Assembly (NCBI RefSeq): GCF_963506605.1
Contig: NC_083288.1
Coordinates: 31,992,001-32,056,000, forward strand
From: Zootoca vivipara
Taxonomy: Eukaryota
DNA: 64,000 nucleotides
Direction of reading: 5' to 3'
In this document: piece after piece, positions 1 through 10,552 of the stretch
How the letters are laid out: each line of letters starts with the position of its first letter
Position numbering within the stretch: the stretch's first letter is position 1
The notes under the pieces: model-generated
The model's database searches: none
What the model was told of the DNA's origin: nothing
Seen by the model: the letters and a program-made list of their open reading frames with translations, nothing else
Position numbers and translations under genes: made by a program

Positions 1-118
1 TTTTGCTATGGAGTTATTTTTTTCTAAATTTTGCAGCTTTACTTCTTTGAGAGATTATATGTGGCACATAGCTCAGTAAGTTCCCTCTTGATTCCTATTT
101 CACATAATGTGAATGGAC

Positions 119-253
119 TCTCCTTCCTTGGAGGTTTTTATGCAGAGGCTGGATGGTCATCTGTCATGGATGCTTTAGCTGAGATTCCTGCATTGCAGGG
201 GGGTTGGACTGGATGACTCTTGGCTCCCTTTCAACACTATGATTCTATGATTG
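119..253 (+). mobile_element. CR1 LINE 3' end fragment
   Basis: TCCTTCCTTGGAGGTTTT...GGGTTGGACTGGATGA...ATGATTCTATGATT tail. Confidence 0.75.
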
Positions 254-867
254 TATGACTGTTCCAGTTTAAAATGAGAGCTTGAGGAATTCTATCACGT
301 TTATGGCTCCATTTTCTTTAACAGATCCCTTTCCAATATTGTTTCTCCTACTTATTGTTAATATTATAACAAGTATTAATTTGCCATAGTAAAATATATT
401 TGGCTATACAGTACTGTACTATCACAATTTGATTTTCTTGACTGGGCAGGGTGACCCGAAGGTGTGGAGTGTTAAATTGATCTCCTTTTCATGATCTATG
501 GGGTAACAGCAACCTTTCCACTTTGCAAGTTTGGAGGACATGTTAAGTTTTTCCACTCCTGACATACTCTAGAGGACGTAGGAGGGAGGAGTTCTGCCCA
601 ACGTGTATTGCTCTTCTGTTGATACCATAATTGATGTGCAGAATGCAGCGCTGACCCAGAAAATTGAGACAATTAATCGTGAGTGCCTTCACCCACTTAT
701 CACAGCTTAAACATTTCAAGAGCATACCCCGGAACTGAAAATGATGAAGTGAACTGGGAGACTGTTTATACACCCTGACACACATCTAGAGTGTATATTA
801 TGTATGGTATTATTATTTTTATTTTTTGGATTTATATACCACCTTTCTGTCAAGGCACCCAAAGTGG

Positions 868-983
868 TGTGCATGCACACGAAAGCTCATACCAAAATAA
901 AAACTTAGTTGGTCTTTAAGGTGCCACTGAAGGAATTTTTTATTTTACTTCGACCCAGACCAACACGGCTACCTACCTGTAAC
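868..983 (+). mobile_element. Penelope-like pLTR fragment
   Basis: CACACGAAAGCTCATAC...GGTCTTTAAGGTGCCAC...CAGACCAACACGGCTAC resembles reptile Penelope pLTRs; a second copy lies at 59391-59670. Confidence 0.65.
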
Positions 984-1199
984 CAGAACATTATATAAGC
1001 TGAAGATTGACAGAATCCTTACATGCCAACTGGGAGCTGATGATATAGGTGCTTCTCGGGGGTGCTGGGATGAGGGGTGGGGTGGGTGGCGGGCTTCAAT
1101 GAGAAAAAGGACTGCCTCCTCCTCCATTCTACTACACCTGAGGATTCCTTGGTGGCAGGGGGATCTTTGGGAAGGGGGTGGGGGAGGGGGGCAGTATAA

Positions 1200-1425
1200 T
1201 ATATGTAATAAAACTTGAGTTAAGGATTGGAAAATTATGATAAAGGATATTGCTAAAGAAGGTTATAAATTGAAGATCAGAAAGGGGGGAAGGGGAAGTC
1301 TACAAGATAATGATTTGAAAAACTGATGTTTAAAAGTTTTTTTTTTCTATGTATGTGTTTGTTGGTGTATTTGTTATATTGTATGTTTAAAAAATCCAAT
1401 AAAATTAGTATTTTTTTAAAAAAAG
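1200..1425 (+). mobile_element. L1-like LINE 3' UTR with A-rich tail
   Basis: GT-rich UTR, AATAAA and an A-tail; architecture resembles 51107-51603. Confidence 0.45.
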
Positions 1426-1430
1426 ATATA

Positions 1431-1670
1431 CAGTGGTACCTCTACTTACGAATTTAATGCGTTCCGAATGAACATTCATAAGTCATAAAAAATTGTAAGT
1501 CGAATCCCATAGAAATGCATTCGTAAGTCGTAAGTCGAAAAATTGGCAACCCTACTACTTTCGTAAGTAGAAAAAATCCTATCTAAACCGCATCCAAGAT
1601 GGCGGACGGAGCTCCCTTCGTAAGTAAAAACATTCGTAAGTAGAGTTATTCGTAAGTAGACGTACCACTG
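1431..1670. mobile_element. Tc1/mariner (Tigger-like) MITE
   Basis: TIRs CAGTGGTACCTCTACTTACGAAT and TA TSD. Confidence 0.88.
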
Positions 1671-2439
1671 TAGGTGCTTCTTGCTTCTGCCTTACCTCAT
1701 GGTGTGGATGCCCAAACTCCACCACTGCCGCCACCACTGACAGGGAAGCAGAGCCAGTATTGGCACCAATTTCCGATGAGATCTCACGATATTTTACCAA
1801 AATCTTCCGAGATCACACAGGGAGTGAGATATCTCATGACATTTTGGTGAGATCTTACAGGAAATAGGTGCCGATGCTGGCAGTGGAGTTGACAGAGCAG
1901 GCCGAATGGCAGAACCGGCAGCACTTCCCATTTTTACCTCAAGTAGTGAAACGGGATGCACCACCGATGATGCTAAATAACTGCACACTAGGCACCAAAG
2001 TTAGATATTTCTCCTCAGAAATCAGGTAGTGGTCACCTGGAGGCTGGAGGGGCTGGGCTAGTAGAATGAAGGTGGACAGGCACATTGGGTGACATGTGTC
2101 TGTCTCAGCTCTACTTGCAAGAATTCTCTGAGGGATGTTTGCTTAACCAAGCACCTATGCAATACTTGCCAATTCCAATGAAAATGTATATAGGAGCAGA
2201 AAGAAGAAGTGGTCACAATAACATTCATGACAATGTTATCCATATAGCTTGTTTTCTCTAGATATATTATGCTATTCATTTTCTCAGTTCTTCAGCTGGA
2301 CTCCAACATAATGATGTAGCACTTAGAGGGAAAGATACAACCCAAAAGGCCAGAATGTGATGATATAAGGCAGAGGACTTATTCAGCAAAGTAAATATAT
2401 GTATATTCAGGAGCAAAATGAAGATGTGAACATATGCTT

Positions 2440-3341
2440 TCATTTTATTTTCCTTATTAATTGCTCCCTGCTATTCAGTTCAGGCCTCAGTACAATGATG
2501 TAGCATTTAGGGAAAAAGATGCAAGCCAGTAACCCAGCACTGGATGATAAGATGGAGAAAATCTCCACAGCCACCATGTATTTTCCTTTGGTGCTCAAGT
2601 AGGTTGGAACAAAAGTCAGCCAAACACTACAAAACACCAACATGCTGAAAGTGATGAATTTAGCCTCATTGAAACTATCAGGTAACTTCCTAGCAAGGAA
2701 AGCCACAATGAGGCTGATGATGGCCAGGAAACCCATATAGCCCAAGACACAATAAAACATGGTAGCTGAACCTTCATTGCATTCTAGTATGATTTCTGCC
2801 TTTGCTGAGTGCATGTCTGTGTCTGGGAATGGAGGGGAAGTACTTAACCAAAGAGCACATATGGCAACTTGAAGAAAGGAGCAGGAAAGGACAATAGAAT
2901 TGGTCAATCTTTTCCCTATCCATTTTCTCATTTTTGAACCTGGCTTGGTTGCCATAAATGCCATAACCACGGTGATGGTTTTTGCCAAAATGCTGGAAAG
3001 GGCCACAGAGAAAATGAAAGCAAACAGTGATTGTCGGAGAAGGCAGATCACATTTCCAGGCTTCCCAATAAAGAGTAAGGAGCTGAGGAAGCAAAGGAGG
3101 AGGGAGATGAGGAGGATGTAGGTGAGGGTCCGGTTGTTGGCTTTAACTATTGGGGTCTCCTTGTGCTTCATAAAAATTCCAAGAACTAAAGCTGTGATCA
3201 ATGAGAAAGCAATAGTCAAGATTGCTAAGATGATCCCTAAATCTAATTTGTATGACAGATAGGTTAGAACCTTGTGAATGCATTGAGTTTTGTCCTTGTT
3301 TGGGTATTGGTCTTCTGGACACTTCATACAGGCATCCATAT
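2440..3341 (-). CDS. V2R gene A exon 6 (end of cysteine-rich domain plus 7TM), open
   Basis: [24 protein letters not shown] and FPKCYII class C GPCR motifs; acceptor TTTTCAG|AT ATG. Confidence 0.93.
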
Positions 3342-4014
3342 CTGAAAAAGGAAAAAGAATGGTTCAAATATTTCTATAGGTTGACATGTATAATTAAGAA
3401 GCCTGTAACATCCATTAAATTTAGTATAATTATTCATAGGTTAACTTTTTCCTAAACAAACATTGCCTCCCAAGAAATCTTTTGTTTTATCAACTTTGTT
3501 ATGTTAAATAAATCTTTCTTATTTGTTCAATAAGAACAAGAATCTCCAAGAATCTAAGATTTCCCTCATACAAAATCCCAAAGATAACCTGTGGTGGTTA
3601 AAAATACTGTATATTTATAGGAGTCATATGGAGTCAGAGGTTATCCACAATCGGTGGAAGTGGTGAGATTACGCTTCAGTTGTTACGATTCAGATATATA
3701 TTACAGGTTTCTAGACTAGATGGAAAATGCTCAGCTTATTTGGAATTATTTTACTTCAGTTCCTTAAGTTAAAGTAGTTGCATAGATGTTACAGCTTAAT
3801 ACTTTGGTTCTTAAACAAGCTCCACACACAACTTAATGCACAACTTCCTTCACAGCTAAATACTTTGGTTCTAAAACAAGGTGGTATTTTCTGTCAGTTA
3901 CCCAAGCTTTTAACAATCACACTCCCGAGGTACTCCAAATAGTATAACAAGATCCAGGGGATCACCACACCCCTCTTAACTGGTTTGGGAGTCTTTTTCT
4001 AGACGATCTTTCCA

Positions 4015-4160
4015 ATCCCAATTTGGATGGCTTTAAAAGTGAATTGGAGAAATTGATGAAGATTAGGAGTATCAATTACCTACAGTTGGAGACAGTATAC
4101 TTCTGAATACCAGCTGCTGGAAATGACTGGAAGGAGGAGTGCTCTTGTGCTTTGGTCATA
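4015..4160 (+). mobile_element. Old CR1-type LINE 3' fragment
   Basis: TTGGATGGCTTTAAAAG...TTCTGAATACCAGCTGCTGGAAA, similar to 59725-59920. Confidence 0.55.
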
Positions 4161-4227
4161 CCTCTCAAATCAAATACGGTAAATTTACAAAAGATGAATG
4201 ATAACACATTACATAATTGTCTCTTAC

Positions 4228-4355
4228 CCTTCTGGCCAGATATCATTCCTTCTGGGCATGGAGCACAGTCATAACAGCAAAATTTCTCTCCCTCCTTCTT
4301 TTTTTCTGCTGTAGCCAGGATAGCAGTTGTCATTGCACATGGAAAGGGGCAGTAC
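4228..4355 (-). pseudogene. V2R gene A exon 5 (cysteine-rich domain), +1 frameshift
   Basis: [10 protein letters not shown]...[16 protein letters not shown] is split across two frames at the T-run ~4299-4305. Confidence 0.88.
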
Positions 4356-4863
4356 CTGAACATACAGCAATAGTATACAACTGGGATTAGTGCTCATCAT
4401 TCATTCAGCTCTTACGTTGGTAGAATGAACCAGTTGGCCCACCTCCCCCTTCCATGCTCTTGCCATTAGTTGCTCTCCACATCAGGCTGAATGTCTCATG
4501 AGAAGCCTTCTTTTCTGAATATTTACCCATGTCCACCCTGTTGGCTCAGTGTGTGGTTTAGAACCCTGCAATATATAAACTGAAACACAGCCAAAACTTG
4601 CCCTCCTCCACATTTTGTGAAGTTCTGTAACCAAATAATGTGCACCAAAATGCATAACTGTTAAAGTGCACAACAATATAGAGTACAGAAAATGTACATA
4701 AATGTGTATATTAGTTGAAATAGCATACAAATATGCATACAAAATGTTTATACTACAAGAAATATATAGTAAAATGTATATATGAAATATTGTTAGCCTG
4801 CATAATCTAGCAGCTAAAAAGCGAAGAATGACCCAAACTTCTCTCTCTGTTTTGATGTCTCAC

Positions 4864-5091
4864 CTGATTAAAGCTTGGATGCCACACAATCTGGTCATCA
4901 TGAATGGTTAACTCTTTGCCTGGAGGAGCCCGAGGGTCCAAATTCCCCATTTTTACTCTTACCACAGAACCATTGGGGAACATCACCCAGTTTGTAACAT
5001 CAAAACTTGCAACCAATTCTCCATTTTCATCAAAGCACACATTGTCTCCAGCACTATTATTGAATACGATGCGGCTTAGGAAATAATGGAC
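4864..5091 (-). CDS. V2R gene A exon 4
   Basis: 228 nt, [26 protein letters not shown]...HPSFNQ, AG/GT flanks. Confidence 0.9.
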
Positions 5092-5329
5092 CTAGATTGA
5101 AAGAGAAAATGAATAGAGACAACATAGTCCTAAAATTATTTCAGTGAGCTTCCCCAAAACCTCCTTATAGATGTCATCTCTGCAAGCTGATCTATGTAGG
5201 TGTCCAATCTGAGAGCAATTATATCCACAAGATATGGACATAAAGCAAGCTAGTATAAATTAAGCTGCTATAAAGTTACACCAGCCTAATTTACATTAGT
5301 AGTGGCACTGGTGCTACTACCTAAGCATG

Positions 5330-5556
5330 GTTGTTGTTTAGTCACGGGACTCTTCGTGACCCCATGAATCAGAGCACGCCAGGCACTCCTGTCTTGCACT
5401 GCCTCCCGCAGTTTGGTCAAACTCATGTTCGTAGCTTCGAGAACACTGTCCAACCATCTCGTCCTCTGTCCTCCCCTTCTCCTAGTGCCCTCAATCTTTC
5501 CCAACACCAGGGTCTTTTCCAGGGAATCTTCTCTTCTCATGAGGTGGCCAAAGTAT
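5330..5556 (-). mobile_element. BovB (RTE) LINE 3' fragment
   Basis: YFGHLMRREDSLEKTLVLGKIEG...HGVTKS plus (CAA)n tail. Confidence 0.92.
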
Positions 5557-6031
5557 AGCATGGTAGGGAGGGAAAACAAGCCTTTCAAACTGTGTTTTAT
5601 GCTGAATTCCCAGGTCATGTGACAGAGCTGAGTCATCTTAGGATCCCGCCTAAGTCCCCATTTTCTGGTTCTATCTCCCTACTGTCCCCAACATGCCCCA
5701 CCTTTGGACTTAAATAGGCTTCTAAGTCAGCTGAGACCCCATGAACAAGTTGTGATAGTGTATCTTTAGCTGAGCTGGGGCTGGGGACTTAACACTGGCT
5801 TAGCCTGATTGAGCCAGAAATCAGCTGACCTTACTGGCAATATGCCACATGCTAAGGTCCTTATCCTGGTGGAGGCTGCCCACCTGCCCACTGTGACTGA
5901 CAGTGTTTTTCCAAAAAAAAAGAAAAGAATTCCACAAACTAGAGGGGTTGAATTGTGCATTTATAGTCATTTTTAAGCCTCTGTCTCAAACACAAGTCTG
6001 CTTTATGATAAAAGTATTGATTTGTTATTAC

Positions 6032-6891
6032 CTGCCATGACTGCACATTTGGAAATGTCAGTCTGCCCCTTTCTTCCAGTCCTCTGTATTTGGAGTTGGA
6101 TTTGTATATGGCCTGCAAAGCATGTGCCACAGCATAGACAGCATTGTAGACATTGTAGCTGTGGCCAATCATGTCCATTTCAAACAGAATTCCAGGAAGG
6201 CTCTCCAGCTTCTCTTTGCCAGTGCAGGTTTCATTTTCCTTTCCCTCCTCTGATTCATCAGGCATTTTAAATGAACAGCTGAATGCCTGTTTCCAGAACT
6301 CCTGGATAAAACCATCTCTTTTGGACCAAAAAGGGCTCAGCATCTGAATGAACCTTTGGAATCCTAATGGCTGAGTGAACTGTGAGGGATATGGAACCAT
6401 GAAATGTTTGTATCTCCCAATTCTTCTGTATAGACAGTGATGCAAAATCCCAGTGGGATGTAACAATCCATACTTTCCCCAGGGGTGGAAATCCTAGTAT
6501 GGGTGCTACTAAGAGCAACATTCTCAAAACCTGAAAGCATGGAGGTTCTCCATAAATAAAGAACACAGTTGGGTTTTCTTCAAAGACCATTGCATAGGTT
6601 CCTAAATGCTGCAAAGCAAAGTCTATCATCTCATCCACATAATTCCATTTGGGTATTCTTACTATGTAGGCGTAACAGATGCCGTTCTGAGAAAGCATTG
6701 GCACCATTGTCTGTAAAAACCTGTCCCCTTTGTCATCATCCACAGCCCAAAGCCCAACCCATGTCCACCCAAAATGCTGAAGTAATTGCACAATCCCTGT
6801 GTGCTGGTGGGCTTCATTTGGGACCATCTGATACAAAAAATGGGAATAGCTTTTTGACACCTTTTAGTGGCAGAAATGATCCATAGGTCAG
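6032..6891 (-). pseudogene. V2R gene A exon 3 (Venus flytrap), two frameshifts
   Basis: Homology is spread over three ORFs (6814-7059, 6267-6860, 5939-6466); the exon is 860 nt. Confidence 0.88.
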
Positions 6892-7163
6892 CTGAAATAA
6901 AATGCATTGGTGTTGTTCAGGTGGATTACAAGAGTTAGACATCATAGTTACATAAGAGAAAGCAGTCCTGTAATCCATCACATTCAACACCCTGTGAAAA
7001 TTCAGATCATGCATAAGGACAAACCAAAGACAACCAACCACACTCGAAGCCACCCCCAACCTCTCTCACTACCAAGGAAATACAACAAGTGAGAACCCAG
7101 ATAAGTAAAGCTGACACAAAACCCCACACACATACCAAGTAGAAGAATAGAAGCATAACCACC

Positions 7164-7710
7164 TGTAGCGGTCACTCTGGCCTGCACATCACCACTGGAC
7201 GTTTTACGGTCAATTGGTGATGTGCCAACTACAAAATAAACACCTCCACCAAAACATCACAGACCAGGATACAGATAAAATAAAACGAAGTTGCTTTATT
7301 GTGTGTTCATATGCTTAATGGTTGCAGTACAAATCTTAGGTTGTTCTAAATTTCAGATGGTTCCTATACCGGCCTATTACCTCTAATTATAAATTACCGG
7401 CCTATTACCGCTAAAGTCAACTAAGTAAATATTTATTAATAATCTCACAACTTTGTATCCCGTCTGACTAAATCACCACCTATTCTCCTTCCTCAATATA
7501 TTAAACCAGCTCTCTCTGCATATAACCAACCACTCCTAGCTCAACACCAACTCCCACTCCCTCAACCTCAACTCTCCCTCCACCTCAACTGACTAACTGC
7601 CACTCGGGAGGGGTTTTTTATCCCTGGGCTGAGCCCGCCCCCGAGGGTTCTATCTGCTCCAAGCTTAACCCCTCACATGCTGGGTCTTGTCTAGGTGGCG
7701 AATCGCCACA
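7164..7710 (-). repeat. 3' LTR of Gypsy element
   Basis: TG...CA ends, adjacent to the polypurine tract. Confidence 0.93.
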
Positions 7711-8302
7711 TACCTCCCCCCATATTAAATTTGTAACAGGGCGTTGCTAGTTTTAAGTAACCCCCTGTTACAAATGGCATATTAAAAGGTCACTCAACTA
7801 ACTAATTTCCTAACATAAACATTTAAATCATGTTACCCTTACCTTTTAATTTCTTTTACACATACAACATAACAGTTTCAGCATCAGTAAAAGTACATAC
7901 ACTTTTAAAAAATTATAAACATGCACAAGTACTTAATACAACTGACATGCAATGTCCTTTTGGTTGTAAATAGTTTTACTGCTCAGTTCTGGATCTTTGT
8001 GTTCAAAATACTAACTGTCCACAATGTTCAAAAGTCAGTGTAAATTCAAAGTCTCTTGTTTCATTTGGACTTGTGGAATGCCCTCTCTCGGTGCAACGAC
8101 TGACCTGGATACATCTCACTGTCAGGTGTCCTCGATTTCGCTGTAGACTTTCGTGGGATTTAGTCGATGTAACCACGCTGGCTTGAACTTCTTTAAAGAT
8201 GTTTTTCTATTGATGTCATCTCGTCTCCTGTCTCTGTACTTGGATGCACGATGCAACTTTCTCTCTCTGTTGATCATAATTCTCTTTTGACCGACATCAC
8301 TC

Positions 8303-9277
8303 TCAGCTGTACAGACGAGTGGTAAACTTTTCGGAACTTATGGCTAGACTGTTGGCTTCACACTTTCTTTTGAAAACTTTGGTTCTGGTTTTATTTCTTT
8401 CCTTCTTAACTAAACCACAGTTTTTCTTCTCAATTGACATATGAGGCATACTGCCAATAGTTTGGATTGTGTTCTTGTTGCTCATGCAATGTTGCCAATG
8501 TATGTCATTTATATTCATATATGGTTCTGGGTAAGTTCTATTGCCTGACACTGAGATTAAACAATCTCCACGTACTGATGTTGCTTTGCTGAGTGGTTCT
8601 CGAAAATACTTGAACTGTGGCCATCTGGTGTTTCCAAAATTATTTAATCTGCTCTCATTCATTGGCTTGGCTTTAACTATTCCCAGAATAGGATATAAGA
8701 AAGTGACCCTACCCATATGACTCTCTGGTAAAGGTACACTCTTAGGAAAGTTTAAATTTGCATCTGAAAGAGTATTGCTTGACTCTAACTTGATATCATT
8801 AATTACCCGCAAGTTATTTTGTTTATCCCCTGTCTCTGGCACTGGTTTCAAAAGATGCTTAGTTATTTCATTTGAGTCCTGAGGTATAGTGTCAATAGCA
8901 TTCTCAGTGGTCTGATGATCACTACCTCGCACATCACTTTTGTTACATTCAGGTGGTATGTTAGGGGTATCAGCATTCTTTGAGCTTTCATAGTTCATTT
9001 CAACAGTTTCTGAGTGATCTTCTGCACCCCAGTTCTTCATTTTTAAATTTTCCCCTTTATTTGATTCTTTCTCATTGTAATCATTTCCATCAAGAGTATG
9101 ATTTGCCACATAGGCTCTATACGTGTTTAAAAGAGTATCATTACTTTTCTCTTCCCTCTTTTCATTTTGGTGTACCCCAGTGTGTCCCCTTTTTCTGACT
9201 TTCGGAAGTGGTTCCCCTAAAGCTATCTTCTCACAGTGGAAAGGACTAGATACTTTAGGTAAAGGGCATAATGTGGC
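8303..9277 (-). CDS. Unrecognised ~324-codon continuation in frame with pol, after a single TAA
   Basis: The frame is open from 9277 to the stop at 8303. It begins with integrase-like ATLCPLPKVSSPFH and then shows no recognisable domain. Confidence 0.5.
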   Translation of the reverse strand, partial: ATLCPLPKVSSPFHCEKIALGEPLPKVRKRGHTGVHQNEKREEKSNDTLLNTYRAYVANHTLDGNDYNEKESNKGENLKMKNWGAEDHSETVEMNYESSKNADTPNIPPECNKSDVRGSDHQTTENAIDTIPQDSNEITKHLLKPVPETGDKQNNLRVINDIKLESSNTLSDANLNFPKSVPLPESHMGRVTFLYPILGIVKAKPMNESRLNNFGNTRWPQFKYFREPLSKATSVRGDCLISVSGNRTYPEPYMNINDIHWQHCMSNKNTIQTIGSMPHMSIEKKNCGLVKKERNKTRTKVFKRKCEANSLAISSEKFTTRLYS

Positions 9278-10552
9278 TTATGTTTTATTTGGCTCATGCC
9301 CCTGTAACTGACAAATATGACAGGTCTGACAGAACATTTTTATTTGTTTACCCATCCTGGGCCAAAAGAAGTTTTGTGAGATTCTTTGTTTGGTGCGTGT
9401 TATCCCTAAATGACCTCCAAATATACTTCCATGGGCATGTTGCATAATTTTGTGTCTATATTCTTGAGGTACTATGAGTTGTCTATGAATTTGTCCTCCC
9501 CCTCTGGTAGGTTTTAAAAATAGTTCTCTGTATAGTAACCCATTTTCAATTACAAATCTTTCTGGGCATTCTGCGGTTAATATTTTACTAGGATCTGCAG
9601 CTTGAAAATAGACTTGGAACTCTGTATCGTTTTTCTGCTTGGTAGAAAAACATACTGCTTGCCTATCTGTAACCGGCACCAGTGTGGCTTCTTCTTCAGG
9701 CTGTACGTTACTTGTAACATTGTCTCCGTCTTTAGCTGCCTGACTCTGCTTTTGTGACCTAGTCAGGACTAAAGCACTCTGCACATGGTCCAGAATGTCC
9801 CACCCTATTAACATAGCGATTGGAATTTCTGATGACACTGCTACTTCCCAATTTCCAGCCCAATGTTTATATCTTAAATGAATGTTTGCTAAAGGTAAAA
9901 CTACGGATTCTTTTGAAATTCCTTTCAGAGTGACAGATTTTCCCTTCAAAATACTAGTCTCAGGTATAAGATCCGAATGAACAATACTAATTTGTGAACC
10001 GGTGTCCTTTAGAGCGATATACGATTTATCATTTACCCAAACTTCCTCTCCAGTTTTAGCTAATAATATATCATTTTGTCTGATTAAATAACATTGAACA
10101 ACCCGTGCCACTGGTAAATGTTCCTGTTCCCCATGTTGCTCTTCTGTTAAGGCAGGCTGTGGCATACTTGGCCCTTCTGTTGTTACCATAGCAACTGTGG
10201 CAGTTGGTAGGTTCTCCCCCTTCTGCGCACAGAATGTCTGCTTCTGTGGTGAATTAATTTTGTGGCTTGGGGTCCTTAAATTAAATGTACACTGCGCTTG
10301 TCGATGTCCCCTTAATCCACATTGCCAACAGGTTAACTCGGGTCTATTTTGCCCTCCAAATTTATTTATTTTCCCCTCAGGATTCCTAGGGGTAGTGATC
10401 TCTTTTTGGTGTGCTGGTGCCCCTGGGGTAAATTTCTTTTTCCCCACTTCTGTGGTAAACTTTGGGGGTGAATAACTTTGTTTTGATTTATTGTGTTCCC
10501 AATATTTATCCCTCTGCTTAGGTGCATCAAAACACATGTTCTCTGATTTCAT
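9278..10552 (-). CDS. pol: Gypsy nucleocapsid CCHC knuckle, aspartic protease and integrase HHCC zinc-binding domain
   Basis: CWQCGLRGHRQAQC; LKDTGSQISIV; HGSIFGGHLG...FFWP...CQTCHICQ. Confidence 0.88.
   Translation of the reverse strand: MKSENMCFDAPKQRDKYWEHNKSKQSYSPPKFTTEVGKKKFTPGAPAHQKEITTPRNPEGKINKFGGQNRPELTCWQCGLRGHRQAQCTFNLRTPSHKINSPQKQTFCAQKGENLPTATVAMVTTEGPSMPQPALTEEQHGEQEHLPVARVVQCYLIRQNDILLAKTGEEVWVNDKSYIALKDTGSQISIVHSDLIPETSILKGKSVTLKGISKESVVLPLANIHLRYKHWAGNWEVAVSSEIPIAMLIGWDILDHVQSALVLTRSQKQSQAAKDGDNVTSNVQPEEEATLVPVTDRQAVCFSTKQKNDTEFQVYFQAADPSKILTAECPERFVIENGLLYRELFLKPTRGGGQIHRQLIVPQEYRHKIMQHAHGSIFGGHLGITRTKQRISQNFFWPRMGKQIKMFCQTCHICQLQGHEPNKT

Noticed and set aside
2774-3121. 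Recurrent alternate-frame and antisense ORFs over exons 1, 3 and 6 of each paralog
   Set aside because: They are shadows of conserved V2R codons, and their lengths vary between paralogs.
3791-3880. 29-bp direct repeat (ACAGCT.AATACTTTGGTTCT.AAACAAG)
   Set aside because: Only two copies in decayed intronic sequence, with no further structure.
8303-9109. Possible env gene in the LTR element
   Set aside because: No signal peptide or transmembrane segment was seen, and it is in frame with pol.
10527-10552. Programmed gag-pol ribosomal frameshift
   Set aside because: The break lies between capsid and nucleocapsid with no clear X XXY YYZ slippery site; a 1-nt indel is more plausible.
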